A DNA stretch of 64,000 nt. It comes from Lama glama. Lineage: Eukaryota. The notes beneath the pieces were generated by a model, which saw nothing but the letters and a program-made list of their open reading frames with translations, did no database searches and was not told the origin of the DNA. Both the position numbers and the translations under genes were made by a program. This document shows, in pieces, positions 39,990-54,734 of the stretch (within the stretch, counting starts at the first letter, position 1; each line of letters starts with the position of its first letter). The stretch covers positions 26,598,001 through 26,662,000 of the forward strand of contig CM052841.1 of assembly GCA_028534125.1 (NCBI GenBank), read 5' to 3'.

Positions 39990-40830
39990 TGCTCCAGTAT
40001 CATTCAACATTGAAAACTTCTATGACTCCCACTTGCCCCCTAGAGACGGTCTAACCTCCTCAACTTATTCTAGAAGCCCTTTTGTGATCCAACCCCTGCT
40101 TCACCCCCGACTGCCTCCCATCCCCACCCCACCAGGAAGCCTGAATCCCAGCCACAGTAAGTCGTTTGTTGTTCTCCAAACACCTCCATGGTCTTTGGGG
40201 CCATCTCCTTCTTGGGGTTCTCTGCCTGGAATTCCCTTCATCTACTCCTCCAGCAAAAAGGTGACCTCCTCTGTAATGACATCCCTCCCTAGTTCTTACA
40301 CACTGGTGTATACACACACACCCCTCTCAAGCAGTTCAGCGGAGTGTCCCTTGTGTCAAAGTTCTTGGCTTAAGTCCCTAATACAAGTACTCATCACACT
40401 GTTTTAAGGATTTATATGTGTCTCTCAGCAAACATTTTACTTTAACCCCCAGCACCTAATAAAGTGCCACTCCACCATTCACTGAAAAACATTTACTGAG
40501 CAACTATAACATGCCCTGCTCAGTTCCCTAGAGTCATTCTGAGGGTGATGGAGTCCACAGTGGGTCACATGGGTATCTGCTTCTTGACAATGTCAAGGGT
40601 GGGAATATCTGCTTGAGGTTAACAACACAGGCAACCCTGGAAAATTTCAGAGCTGAAAGGAACATGAGGGCATAATCTAGTGCTGTTCAACTCTCATCTA
40701 TAAGGACATGGAAGCTGGGGTCCACAGACAGGAAGCAACGTGATGGTGATCAATGCAGTGAATTAGCTGCAGTTCTGAGGCTGCAACACACATCTCCTGA
40801 CTCCTGCCAGGTTCAGTGGTTCCCCCACCA
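39990..40830. mobile_element. L2 fragments plus a MIR
   Basis: L2 gtgacctcctctgtaatgacatccct and cccccagcacctaat; MIR ttcagagctgaaaggaac...acacatctcctgactcc. Confidence 0.55.
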
Positions 40831-40979
40831 CCACCATCACTCCACTAGGATACCTCCTCCCAGTACTTTTGAGTCACTTCTAAATATCAGCTCTGCCCTT
40901 ACAGGATTAAAGTACAAGATTTAAAGGAGTGTGCTTCCAATTCTTCAATCACTTTCAAAAGAGACCAACAATAATATGA

Positions 40980-41910
40980 TCACCTATCATTTAGGGTTAT
41001 CAGCTGCATGTGACAAGAAATCGATCCTGGCTTATCAGATCAGAAAAAGAATTAGTTGAGAGCATAGAGGGAAGTTCAGAGACCTCCCAGGAAGACTGGA
41101 GAATTAGACTTAAAGCAGGTGGGAACAAAGGGAGACTAGGAAGCCAGAATGGAGCCAGAAATCCCACCATAGGGACATAGGGGAAGGACACTGCTGACAA
41201 CACCAGCCACTGCCCAGGACAGCTGACCATTGCTTCTGTTGCCCTGGGCACTAGATTTTGCTACGGCCCCCGCTGATTCCATGGTAAGTTCTCCACTGTC
41301 CCTCCATCTTTACACCCTTTGTCCTAGACTTAAAGTTTGGGTGTAATGTCTTACTGGCCAAGCCTGGTACACTGGGTAAGTCATGTGCCCAGGCCTTATG
41401 GCCAGAAGGAGAGGCACTCTTGTTATCAATTGCTGCCTACACGTTACCCCCCAGCTTAGTGGCTGAAGAACAGTTTATTATCATCTCTTACAGCTCTGGG
41501 GGATGACTGGGCTCAGCAGGGCACTTCTCACTCAGGGCCTGTCTGAACCGCTGTCAGATGTCAGATAGAGCTGCCATCATCTGAAGGGTGGACTGGGTGG
41601 CCAGCGAACGCGGCTCCCCCACATGCTGGCAGTTGGTCCTGGCTGTCGACCAGAACAGCTACACGTGGGCTCCTCCCAACATGGTAGCTGGGTTCTGAGA
41701 GAAGCATCCCAAAAGCAAGCTTTCCCGGAGATGAAAGCAGAAGCTGAAAGGTCTGTCTTGACAGTCTCTGGAGTCACATGGTGTCATTTCTGTCATATTC
41801 TATTGGTTTCAAGCAAGTCATGGGTCCAGCCCTCTAGGCTTAAAGGGAGGGGAGTATGGGAAGGCTGGGCGGCATGGTTCACTGGGGCTCATTTTTGAGA
41901 CCAGCTACCA
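40980..41910 (-). mobile_element. Old MLT1 LTRs, including an MLT1G/H-like LTR at about 41418-41910
   Basis: cttagtggctgaagaacagtttattatcatctcttacagctctgggg...ggagtcacatggtgtcatttctgtcatattctattgg...ccagctaccaca. Confidence 0.75.
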
Positions 41911-43040
41911 CACACAGAAAAGCAAAGTCTCGCCTTTACAGCTCTTTCGGGGGTAGGGGGTGGGAGGGTGACACAAAGGCATGTGCAGTGCTGAATAACC
42001 AAAAACATTGAAGAGCCACTTCATGTTATAATAAGTATACAATTTCTCATAGGCATAGGGGTTCCAATATGTTTGTTAAAAGATCAGCCACACAAAGTTA
42101 AAGCACTGTCACAGATAAGCACTCTAGGTCATCTTGAGTAGAAATGGGAAAAGCCACGTGCACCCGCCACCCTGAGTGCTTCCTCCCTGAGTGTCATCTA
42201 TTCCCCAGTGCCGAAGCCTGCCGCATCTCAGAGACCAGGGCTCTCAGTAACTGCCTCAATTTGCTCCCAGCGAAGCCGGCCCTCTCACAATTCCTACTGC
42301 ATTTTCATCTGTTGGTCCTGGGGAGTTTGAAAGCATGATCAGAAAACACTGTCTCATCTGCACATAGAAGGGAAAGGAGAAAAGAATGAACAGGAGATGA
42401 AAAAAAGAACAAAAAAATAGAAAAGGGGCAAAAGAATCTAAAGGTTTCACTGGAAAAGAAATGGGCCAAGAAAAATCTAATTGTCCCTCTACCTGTCCCA
42501 AGTAGCCTTTAAATTTTCTTCAATTTTCATTTTCAATTAGAGTCAAAAATAACAGCCCCTTGATAAATATATGGAAACATTATGAATATTGTTTTATTGG
42601 AAGAATGTAACTTTTAATAAAAGTCATCAAGGTCGTATCTGGAAGAAACAATGTCAAAGAAAAGCTGTGTATCCCTGTCACTCAGGCATCTTTCCCCCAC
42701 TCTAGTGCCCACTGCCACAGGATTTCCTCGCCTGAGTGACGCCACACTCCCACTTCTCTGGTGTTGTGTCTGCAGCCACAGATGCAAGTGTTCTGGATTC
42801 TCAGCACTGTTGCAGGAGCTGGAGGCAAAGACTACCAGGTCAGAGGCCCTTGACAGCTTGGCTACAGAAGGGATATCTGTTCCATGACCTTCCTAATAAA
42901 GATTCCTGAAGTGTTCACAAAATGAATGAAAGGTAACACACCAAAATGCCAACAACAACAATTTAGGATGATATAATTATTCATGATAATGCCTTTATCT
43001 ATGTTCAAAGCTTCTGAAATAAATTCTATCTCAGAAAATA

Positions 43041-43465
43041 CTTTATGGGTTGAATTGTGTCCTTTGAAAAGATGTTGAAGTCCTAACCCCCAGTACCTCT
43101 AAGTGTGACCTTATTTGGAAATAAGATCTTTGTAGGTAATGTAGTTAAGATCAGGTCATTAGGGCAGGCTTTAAGCCAGTACTACTGTGTCCTTATACAA
43201 AGAGGGAATCTGAACACAGACAGGCATAGAGAGAAGGCTATGGGAAGACATGGGGAGAATGCCGTCTATAAGCCGAGGGATGCCTGGGGTTGCCAGGAGC
43301 TAGAAGGGCATGGAACAGGTTCTCCCTCACAGCCCTCAGGAAGAACCAACCATGCCACTATCTTTAGGACTTCTAGCCTCCAGGTTTGTGAGATAATAAA
43401 TTTCTGTTGTTCTAAGCCACCTAAGTTTGTGGTACTTTGTTATCACACCCTAGGAAACTGTTATA
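43041..43465 (+). mobile_element. MLT1B/C solo LTR
   Basis: atgggttgaattgtgtcc...gtcctaacccccagtacctc...ataaatttctgttgttctaagccacctaagtttgtggtactttgtta. Confidence 0.88.
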
Positions 43466-44139
43466 ACTTTCATGATTAAATTTCTTAAGTCTTGGTAAAG
43501 ATGAGTTTCTCTCGACTTATTCAACAAAAGCTATTAAAAAGGCATTTTGAGAAAAAAAATTATTGTAACTGGAGATTGGAAAAGGACTGTGGACAGAGAA
43601 AGAGGAAGACTAGAAAGTCTTGTAGTGTATATTAGGAGTGTTTTGAAGACAGAAGAAAACAATTTAGACATTATAAGAGGTATGGCCTCACTAGATTTGT
43701 GTTTTAGAAAACCCATTCAAGTGTAGAGAATGAATGAATTTAAGAAAAACAAGACTAGAGTCTGGAAGGCCTAAAATGAATTACGCAAGCCATAACGATG
43801 GCCTGGATAGGATGGAGTCAAAGAAACTGACAAGATAAACATGTAATGTATCTAGAAGACTGAATAATAGAACTCAATGACTGACAGGTCATAAGAATGA
43901 GAGAGTCAAAACCCAAACTTCAACTTTTGGGTTCTGCAGCTGGCTGGGGAGCAAACCTGCCTTGTCTGCTCTCTGGTTCAATGCACATGAAGAGATCACT
44001 AGGGCCTAATTCAACCTATCACTCACACAGTCAAGGTCCACATTTCCTTCTCTGGGACACACTAGTAAACCACATTTACTTTCACTGCACTTAACAAAAC
44101 CAAGATCACAGTCCACTACCACATTCAGCCAACTTGCAA

Positions 44140-44400
44140 TGGCACAGTGTAGCAGATTATATCAATTTAGGGTACAGATGCTAGGGCCAGCCCTCTGAGG
44201 TTTGAATCCTGGCTCTGCCACTATTGGACCTTGGGCAGAGTACCCAATGTCTTTGTACCTCAGTTCTCTCCACACTATAAAATGATAATCATATCCATCT
44301 CACAAATTATTTTAGCAAACAAGTCAATATACAAATTACGCTTAGAAAAATGCTTGACTCACACATAATATGCACTTAATGAAACTAGTCATTTTGATGA
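44140..44400 (+). mobile_element. MIR
   Basis: ggtttgaatcctggctctgccact...gaccttgggcag...cctcagtt. Confidence 0.75.
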
Positions 44401-44729
44401 AGATGATGACATTATTACTTACATAAATCCAAAGTTCTCAAATGCTGACCTGTGATGAAGTTTGTCTGCTGCAAAATTGTTGGTTTAACATTTCACTTGG
44501 GAAGGATTACTCTGTCTCTGAGATTATAGCTTTCCTAATTGGTTAAAGGAGTGGTGGTAAAAATAGCCTTTCCTTTAAAAAATAATGATAATAAACGATA
44601 GTTGGTTGGCTATGTTTTTGATGTCCAAACTTACAATTGTGGCAATTAGGAGCCCTAAGTCAATCACCAAAATAAATTTGAAATCCTAAAATAAATCCCA
44701 AAATAAAACTATGAAATTCAAAAGTCTGA

Positions 44730-47700
44730 GAATTCCTGAAGATAATAATAGCACAGGAAAGTGAATGTCACCAAAGCTGTATTGTAGCAAGGAATACCAG
44801 ATGGTAACTCAAATTCAGAAAAAGAAATGAAGCGAATCAGAAATGGTAAAAAAAAAAAAAAAGTATATGTACATATATAACAAACTCAAATATCTATCTG
44901 CTCTCCTCTCAGCTTTTTTAAAGACTTAAGATTATATAAAATAGTAATTTTAACAGTGTATCATTGGGGTTATAACAGATATGTGTAACAATAGTATAAA
45001 CATAAGTAGATACAGTATGTATAACAGTAATAGTATAGAGAAAGATGGAATGAAACTGTACTAGAAGTAAAGTTTTTATATTTTATTGGAATTGTTAGTA
45101 TCAAGTAGGTTTAGATAATACATATATGGTAAGCCATAGAGCCACAAATACAAAATCAATTCAAAAAACTAAACAATAAAGGAACTACAATGCTACAGTA
45201 GAAAAAACCCACTTAATACAAAAGTAAAGGATGAAGAACAAAGACAACATGAGGCTCACAGAAAACAAAAGGAAAAAGCCAAGTATAAATCTAACCTTAT
45301 TAATAACATGAAATGGAACTAGATTAAACAATAAAATCAGAAGGCAGAAAATACCAGATTTGATTTAAAAAACTAAGATCCAAGTCTATGACGTGTATAG
45401 AAGACACACTTTACTTTCAAAGATACAAACAGGATAAAAGTAAAATGATGGAAAAAGACATACCATGCAAACAGAAACCATAAGATGACTGGAATAATGT
45501 ACTAATCAGACAAAGACTTTAAAATTTTAGTAGAGATAAAGAACATCTCATAATGATAGGAATTAATCCATAAGGAAGATACAATAAACATACATGCATC
45601 TAACAGACACCTAAAAATACATTAAGCAAAAAAGAGAAATGAAGAGAGAAACAGACATTAAGAGTTGGAGATTTCCATACTATATTTTCAGTAATAAATA
45701 GAACAAGTCATAGAACATTAATGTGCAAACAGAAGACTTGAAAGTCATTATAAAGCAACTAGACTGACATCTAGAGACATCTACAGCACTACACCCAATC
45801 ACTGCAGCACACACATTATTCTCAAGCATACCGGAAACACGTGCTAATCTGTTTAGCACAGACAGAGGATGCTAAACAATATTCAGTAAATTTAAAAGTA
45901 TTAAAAATCCCATGAAGTATCCACTCCAGCCACAATACAATTAGAAATCAGTAACAAAAAGTTTGAGAAATTCAGAAATGTAGAAATTAAACAACACATT
46001 CCTAAATCACCAATGGTTCCAAGAAGAAATCACAAGGAAAACTGTAAAGTATTTTGAGATGAATAAAAAATACTACATACCAAATTTTATTGGACACTAC
46101 CTGTGTTTGGAGGGAAATAGATAGCTGTGGTAATAGTCTATACTGGGAAAGAAAAGATCTCAACTCAACAATGTAATCTTCCACCTCAAGAAACTGCAAA
46201 TAAAGCAAACCAAACCCAAATACAGCAGAATGAGTAAAATAAAAATTAGTGTAGAAGTGAATAGAAGAAAATTTATGATAGAGAAAAAAAGTCAGTGACC
46301 CTAAAAGTTGGTTCTTTGAAAAGAACGTAAGTTTACAAACCTTTAGCTAGACTGACCAGGATAAAAATGAAGTCTTCAATTACTAAAATTAGAAATTAAA
46401 GAGGAAAAACCATTACTGGCAGAATAAAAAAAATTTATGAGAATATAAACAATTGTATGCCAAAGAACTAGACAATTTAGATGAAATAGACAAATTCCTA
46501 CAGAGAAACTACCATAACTATCATGAATTAGAGTATCTCAATAAACTTATACCAAGTAAAAGTCAATTATTAACTTTAAGACAAACCAGAGAAAAACCCA
46601 GGTCCAGATTGCTTCACTGATAAATTCTATCAAATTTTTAAAAAGCATTTATACTAATCCTTCACAAAAATTCCACCCAAAAAGATAGAATAGGAAGGGG
46701 CACTTACCAACTCATCTGAGGCCACTAATATTGAGATACCAAAACCAACACCAGACAAAGATGTCACCAGGAAGAAAACTTCAGACCAACATCCCTTATG
46801 AATATAGATGCACAAATCATCATCAAAATACTAGCAAAATGGATTCAGCAACATGTAAGAAGGATTATACACAACGATCAAGTGGAATTTATCTATGAAT
46901 GCAAGGTTATTTAACACAAAATTGGCACAAGACACCACAACCAAGAGAACAAAAGGACAAAAACTCATTATCTCAATAGATGCAGAAAAAGCACTGACAA
47001 AAATTCAAGAGGCCTTAAAAATGATAGAAACGTTCAACAAATTAGGAATATGAGGGAACTTCCCCACTCTGATCAAGGGCATCTACAAAAAAACCTGCAA
47101 ATCATAGTAAAATCATACTTTTTGGTAAAAGGCTGAATGCTTTCCCCCTAAGATTAGAGATAAGACAACAATAGGCAAACAACTTCCACGCAGCACAGTA
47201 CTGGAGATTCTCACCAGAGCAATCAGGCAAGGAAGTGAAATAAAAGGCATCCATATCAGAAAGGAAGAAATAAAATTCTCTATTCACAGAGAATACCATC
47301 TATGGAAAAAGGTAATGAATTTAATAAAAGAAGCACAAAACTTCTATTCCAAAAACTTTAACATAGCTAAAACTGAAGACCTAAATAGACGTGAAGACAT
47401 TTCATGATTATACATGAGAAGACATAACATTAAGACAGCAATACATGACACAAATTAACGTACAGGCTCAATACAATCTCTACCAAAATCCTAGCTGGCT
47501 TCTTTGCAGAAATTGACAACCAGTTCTAAAATTCATATGCAAGGGACCCAGAATAGCCAAAACAATCTTGAAAAACAAAGTTGGGAGACTCACACTTTCC
47601 AACTGAAAAACTGAACTACAAAGCTAGTAAGTCAAGCTTTCAAGACAAAATAGAGTGGTAATGGCATAAGGATAGACATTAGCTCAATGGAATAGAATTG

Positions 47701-48605
47701 GGAATCCAGAAGTGAGTGCTTATGTTTACAGTCAACTGTTCTTAGACAAGGATGCCAAGTCAATTTGACTGAGAAAGGAGAATCTTCAACAAATGGTGCT
47801 GGGATAATATGGGAAAAAAGGAAGTCGGACCCTTACTTCATGCCATATAAATAAAACATATCCTATTAGAAAATGCTTTCTTCGGCCATTTTACCAGTCT
47901 TTAAGGGAAATATAAGTTAAAATTACTTCACAGCCATTAGGATGGCTAAAATTTAAAGGACAACAATAGTATCGTTGGCATGCATGCAGAGAAATTAGAA
48001 CTCCCAATCATTGTTGGTGGGAAAGTAAAATGGCACAGTAATTTTTCAAGTCTAGCTATTCTTCAAATAGTTAAACAGAGTTAGCCTATGAGCCCATCAT
48101 CTTACTCCTAGGTATTTATTCAACAGAAATGAAAACATATCCACATAAAAACTTGTACATGAGTACTTACAGCAGTAGTATTCATAACAATACCAAAAGA
48201 CAGAAAAAAACCCATGTCTATCACCTGATGAATAAAATGTGGTGTATCTATATAATGGAATATTAATTGGCAATAAAAAATGAAAGTTTTGACACATGCT
48301 ACAACTTTGATGAACACTGAAAACATTATGCTCAGTAAAGAGAAGCCAGTCACAAAAGGGTACATACTACATGATTCCATTTTTATGAAATACCCTAAAC
48401 AGGCCAAACTATAGAGGAATTATGTGCCTAGATATAGATTTATCTAGATGGAGCCTGCTAACGGGTACAGGGATTTTTTTTTTTTTGGAGGGGGGAAGGA
48501 GATGAAAATGTTCCAAACTTAAATTGTGGTGATGGCTACACACTGAGTATACTAAAAAGGCACTGCATTACAAATCTTAAATCGGTGAGTTGCATGGTAT
48601 GTAAA
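44730..48605 (+). mobile_element. About 3.9 kb of degenerate L1 (L1MB-like): inter-ORF region, ORF2 and 3' UTR
   Basis: KSWFFEK near 46303, PGPDCFT near 46598, [11 protein letters not shown] near 46780, ISIDAEKA near 46970, decayed LFADD near 47280; many stops and frameshifts. Confidence 0.92.
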
Positions 48606-48965
48606 TGATATGAACTGAATGTGTCCCCTCAAAATTTGTATGCTTAAGCCCTAATCCCATATGATGGTATTTGGAGGTAGAAACTTTGTGAAGGAATTAG
48701 GTTCAGATGAGGTCACAAGGGTGAAGCCTCCAAGATAGCATTGGTGTCCTTGCAAGAGGGGACACCAGAGCATGAAAGCTCTCTGCTATGTGAGGACAGG
48801 CAAGAAAGGTGCCACTGCCAGCCAGGAAGACAGCTCTCACCAGACACCGTATCTGCTGGCACCTTGATCTTGGACTTTCCAAAAGCCTCCAGAACTGTGA
48901 GGTATCAATGTCTGTTTAAGCCACCCTGTCTGTGGTATTTGGTTAGAGCAGCCTGAGCTAAGACA
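48606..48965 (+). mobile_element. MLT1A LTR inserted in the L1 3' end
   Basis: gatggtatttggaggtag...tctgctggcaccttgatcttggacttt...gtttaagccaccctgtctgtggtattt...gctaagaca. Confidence 0.88.
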
Positions 48966-49722
48966 GTGAGTTGCCTTAGTGAAGCTTTTTTTTTTTTTAA
49001 ATGGAGAACCATTTGGGTAAAGAGATAGAGGAGGAGAATGTACCAGAGTTTTCAAGCAGAGACACAGAACAGAAATACTCAAGAGACCCACAAGACTGGA
49101 GGGCAATTAGCAAGGAAAACTTGTGGGAGAAACATTGAAAATATTAGTGTCAGGCTTAGAGGCCCTCCAATGGCAAGCAGAGATGTCCTCTGTTTTCCTG
49201 ACAATGAAGAGGGACACATGGATGTTAAATTAACTCTGCAATATCTCCTCCCCCAAATAAACGGAGCAAACCACTGAGAGCCATGACTAGGATCAAACTG
49301 TCTTTCAGAAACAGGACTTAGTAAAACAATCTCCCAACTAACAAGTACATTCCCATAGTTGTTTCAGGTTTGTTTATTTTCCCCTCACACAGCTGCTCAC
49401 ATTCTTCCAGCCCATTCTTTACCACATGGATCGACACCCCCTGAACCCTGCCCTTTGAGCACCATGAGTTTTATTTGCACTGAAAATGGCAGAAACAAAG
49501 TATCTGGGTGAAAGAAATTCACTCCCTCTCTCCCCTTTCTTCCCTGCCCCCAGTACTAAGCTAAACTGTATTGGCTTCATTTTCTTTGACCTCTCCTAAG
49601 AAATACCACCAGTCGTAAATACTGGAGCTGTCCCCTAGACTCCAGCTGACATCTCATGCAAAATTCATTTTAGAGAACATCCACCTTTTAGTGATTTATA
49701 ACCAAAGTGTTAAGGATTTCAG

Positions 49723-49854
49723 NNNNNNNNNNNNNNNNNNNNNNNNNNNNNNNNNNNNNNNNNNNNNNNNNNNNNNNNNNNNNNNNNNNNNNNNNNNNNN
49801 NNNNNNNNNNNNNNNNNNNNNNNNNNNNNNNNNNNNNNNNNNNNNNNNNNNNNN
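49723..49854. other. Assembly gap
   Basis: Run of N. Confidence 1.
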
Positions 49855-50894
49855 TCTTGTGAAAGGGATTTCACTGTCATTATATGAAAGATCGAGAGGA
49901 AGAAGTTTGCCTGCCTTGCTATCAAACTGAGAGCTAAATATTTCACCATGGGAGGGAAACACCAGATCTTAAAAGGATGCCAATTATAACTGGAGGCAAG
50001 ACACAACTACAGCAAACTTCATGGAAATTTTCCCAAGAGGTGCTTTAATAGAGTTCAGGTGAAAAGACAGACAAAAAATTTAGATGGAACTTAGAAACTA
50101 AAGCCGAGGACTTCTTGTTTCCAGTTTGGATGTTAAACCAAGTAACTTTTGGCTTATCATTTGGCTGCCTTGGACCACAGTCCTCACTTACAGAATTAGA
50201 CCATCAAACTAACCTACGTTGTGCTGCACAGAACCATTAGTTTAGGGGAAAAAAAGGAAAAAAAACATAAACATCCAAAAATCTGTAGAAAGAGATCGTC
50301 ACAAGAAGACGCTTTGAGCAGTGCTAACCACACCTCAAGAGGAATTTGGCATGTAGGGGAATAACCATTTTCATATACACCTAGACACCCACTCCTACCC
50401 TTTATGAAGACCCCAAAGAGTCTCCACTGGGACATTCAAAACCCACTGGCTATGAACGTGCTTTCTTATAACCTTCTTAACCTTGACTTGACTGTCACTT
50501 TAAATATTGAGCCATTAAAAAAAGCACTTGAACACCTGCAATACAGAGAGAACATTACATTTCCCTACCAGAAAATCAATCAAGCAAATTTAAATAAATT
50601 ACCTCAATGTATCTCTAGCAATGGCCCAGCTGCCTGGTTATCTGTCCCTGACTTGCCATTGCATTTAAGTTATCCCTGCCCAGATGATTTAGCTAACGAA
50701 TGCACAATGTGTTGTTGATATTCTTTGGAATAAGGAAGACATTTGAAAAGCTGTACAAGGAAAGGGAGCAGTGCCTTTGCTATAACTAAGAGGGAATCTG
50801 TTTGCATGGATTCACAGTCCCCTGCCCCTCCTAGCCCCCCTCCCTCTCTCCAGCCATACTCACATACTCACAACATGGTGCTGTCGTGCAGTCA

Positions 50895-51080
50895 TCAGCA
50901 AGGTCCCTGGACCAGCATCATCAGCATCACCTGGGCACTTGTTAGAAATGCCAAAATGCAAATTCTCAGGCCCCACACAATACTTCCTAATTCAGGAACT
51001 CTGAGTGGGACCCAGAAATCTGTGGCTTGCCAATCTCTCCAGGTGATTCTGGTGCACGCTCTCCCTTGAGAACCACCAGT
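50895..51080. mobile_element. MER5A
   Basis: ggaccagcatcatcagcatcacctgggcacttgttagaaatgc...ccaggtgattctggtgcac...ttgagaaccac. Confidence 0.85.
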
Positions 51081-51999
51081 ATAGTACAAAATAACCACAC
51101 TTGCCTCCAATCACATCCATCTCCCATCTTCTTTCCAGCACGCTCTCATAATTAAGCTTACTACCCCCAGGACCATCGGCAGTCACTTTAGTTTGGGGGA
51201 TGTTTATCTGCACTGGTAAAACAGTTATGAACCTACCCAGAAACTTGAAGCTGTTCGGGTTATACAAGGTTTTCGGTTTTTTCCTGCTTTTATAATTAGA
51301 CCATCACATACAGTAAGCAAAGCTATCAGTATCCCTCCAAAGAAGGAGCCAACTGAGATCCTCACATGCCCTCCTCTGAGCATTAGGCTCAGAATAATTT
51401 CTTCGGGATCTTGCCACGTAAGCATCTCCTAGGCAAGATGTGAGCCTGGGAAGGAGGCAGCGAGGAAGCTGCACTCTGGAAAGCCTGTTCCATTCACAGG
51501 CGTCACCTAGTGGGCACTGCTGAGAGGGAAGTGGCCTTGGAGGCGCTCACCACAGGCCTGACGTCTGGCGACCCGGCTGCAACCACTGAGACCTCACTTT
51601 GCAGCAGGACGACCGAGGCAAGGAGGACAGGCCAGGCTGGCTACAGAGGGGAGTCAGGGGAGTCTCACCACACCAGGCTAATAAGTTGCTCCCATGTCAA
51701 CTGGGAAGATGAAAAAGTGTAACAAACATATTTAAAATACCTGATTTAAAAGCAAGATCTGAGAGGTTTATCACACCCCAGCTTTGGGGTTTCAGAATCA
51801 AGGCCTATCAGAATCAAGACATGCATCTCTGGCTTGGCTCTAGAGAAATGACACAGCCCTGGCTTTCTATCAGGGTGTCTCCTCTAACAACGGCCCGATT
51901 GGGCTGTCGCTTTGTTCCTGGCTGTTTAGGGTGCTATGATCCCCCAGGTGCCCTGATGTGGGTATGAATCCCTGACTCCTAGGCCCCCAGGACCCCTAA

Positions 52000-52235
52000 C
52001 CCGTGGTCTCCACCTCGCGCTCTCTGGTTCTGCTGCTGGCTCCAGCTGCCGCCCGGCCCTCCTTCTCCATGACTCATCAGTGCTACAAAGGCACTTCTAC
52101 AGTGCCACTCAGCCTCTCCTCCAGTCACGTGAACGAGGGCGGGACGTTCTTGGGTGACACAGCACCGTTTTACAGGCAACTCTGCGGCGTGACTAGCACC
52201 TACAAAGGTGAAGAGGGGACTTCCATGTGGCCGTA
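52000..52235. promoter_or_regulatory. CpG-retaining enhancer-like segment
   Basis: AP-1 TGACTCA at 52070, E-box GTCACGTGA at 52124, GC box GGGCGGG at 52137; local CpG excess. Confidence 0.45.
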
Positions 52236-53944
52236 TGTGTGCCCATTGAATCAGGAGGCTCTCCAGAGTACACTGTCGCTTGCTTCCTCAGGGAGGGTCC
52301 TGACAAATATAAGGGAGACTTATCACAATACCAAGTTTAACTTCAGTGCTGCGGAAGTTCACTCTCCCTCCCTGCAATTTGCAAGTTATAATGGAAATGA
52401 ATTGATATCCTCATGATTTGAGAATTGTTTAGCGTGTGAAGGGAAACCAATATAAAGCTTTCCTGGAGAGGCAGCTCAGTTTTAGCAGGCAGGAACATGA
52501 GAGTTGTGAGTTACCCATTCCTGGGAGACAGGGTAACCCCCTGCATGGAAGGGGGACTCCAGAATGATCAAGAAGAAAACTGAGAATAGCCTGTGACCCA
52601 AACTGCCTTACAGTTTAGTGGGGGAGTACAGAACTTGACACAGGAAACTGGGTACCAATGCCAGCTCCGCATGTCCTCGAGCAAATGAACTTTCTCCTTC
52701 CCAGTTTCTGTTTCCTTGTTTCTGAAACGAGGAGAAAATTATCTTTCACGCTATTCAGAGGAATAGTAGACGCTTAATTAATGTTATCTGCTATCCTTTT
52801 TCAGTTGTTGATTATTATAGACTATCAATTATTATAAGTATTAAAATAGCAATAAAATAAGTGCTTGACTTTACAGCATAGGCAAAGACTACTAGCAGTA
52901 CCTTTGAAATGCTCCGTGTGCCCGTCTCCATCCTCCGCCGAGAAAATTATCAGCTATATGAACCAGATGAACCAGCTCAGCACCTCACAGACCAGCACCT
53001 GTTTTGTTCACTGGCCCAGCAGAAACCGTTAGAGGCTCCAAAAAGAGGCCTCAGTTGTAAGCTCTCCCATGCCCCGGAGCTTTGTCCCCAGTGGTCTTTC
53101 TAACCTTCCACCTGGTTCCTGACCGACTACCTCATTTTGAGCACAAGGGCTACTGTGTCCCTTGGTTTCTGACCTACAGCTTCTGGGCTCTTGCTGATCC
53201 AACCCATGCCTGACCTGCAGCCTTTCAGTCCCAACTTGCCTCAGTTTCCCCAGCGCTGCGTTCAGTCGCCACCTCACTCCAAGGCCTCAGCATGACATGG
53301 ATCAGAGGTGGGTAAGCTCTGCGCATGCTGAATGGACCAGGGCTGGCAGGAAGCAGGGTGGGAGAAAGGGTCCTTGAGAAGAAATTTTGAGCCCAGGAAT
53401 ATAGGTGATCGACCTCCCCTCTTCAGAGCCTGCTGATGTGACGACACTGAAAAGTTCACCTGACGGCAACACAGGAAGACAAGTGTCAGGCTGGGAGTCT
53501 ATGCCGTTTCAGACTAAAAGACCCTGTTGTGTAAGAAACTGCAAAGCGGTGCACAGGTGTGTTGAGTTTTCAGGATACCTTGAGTGTGTGTCTTAAGCAC
53601 AGTAAAAACGGCTGTTTTTCTTTCCGCATTCATTTGCCCCATCTCTCCCCTCTCCATCAATCTCTCCCAAGCCAACAACTCATTCATATGTCCTTGGAGC
53701 CATTTATTTGGTGCCAAGTCCACACAGCCAAATGAAACCATCTGGCCCCCAGTAATCAGAGAGGCCTGTTCTCAGCATCCCGGGACACGCCAAAGGAAGG
53801 AAGAGATCTGGCCTGTGCCCAAGAGATGTTTGCTACAGACCACTGATATGATGAGCTTCACTAAGTATGAGTGAGGACACAAATCATGCAGCTAATTCTT
53901 CATATGAGTCCAATTAAAGCTGTGTAGCTATTGAGGCCTCTGGT

Positions 53945-54350
53945 ATTTGTTCTCCAAGTGCGGCTCTCATACCAACAGCAGCAGCATCACCTGAGAACTG
54001 TTAGGATAACACATTCTTGGCCTCTTCCAAGGCCGGCTAGATCAGAAGTTTGGTAGGGGGCAAGTTTGACTTAACAAGACTTCCAGATGATTCTGATGAC
54101 CCCTAAAATTTGGAACCTACTGCTCTGTAACTCGGTTTCTCAAACTCGGCACTACTGACATGTTGAGCCAGGTAATTAGCATTTGGGGTACTGTTCTGTG
54201 CATTGTAGGACGTGTGGCAGCATCCCGGTCAATCCCCGCTAAATGCCAGTAGGAACCTACCCCTGGTCCTGGCGATAAAAAAAAAAAGTCTCCAGTCACT
54301 GTGAAATGTTCCTAAAGGACAAAATTTCCCCCAACTGAGAACTGCTGCTT
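53945..54350. mobile_element. MER5 (about 53945-54122) and MER20 (about 54130-54350)
   Basis: cagcagcatcacctgagaactgttag; tttctcaaactcggcactactgacat...tgtgcattgtaggacgt...caactgagaactgctg. Confidence 0.82.
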
Positions 54351-54734
54351 TAAGGTCAAGTGTTCCCTGCTGTGGCTGAAATTGTTAGAGGCAATATCGG
54401 TATAGGGCACTAGTAACAGTGCACAAGAACAGTTATGCTTTTCTGTGATACCTAGGGAAGACTGAAGTATGCCAACACTTTAAAAGACCATCAAATCAAT
54501 CAAGCTCCTGGAAAAGATCGAGGTCCTGGTAATCTTTGAATTATGAAGTTAGAGAATAAGGATAATCACCTCTAAGGGTTTTGGGGTTTTTTTTTTTTAA
54601 GTGTTCCATTTCATACATGTGTTATAGTCCTAGCAGAATAAAGGACTTAAAAGAAATAAAAGAAAAATGACTACAATAATGTTCCCAGCCTTAACAGGCT
54701 GTGGGGCTCAGGCCAAAGTTCACAGTAACTTGCA

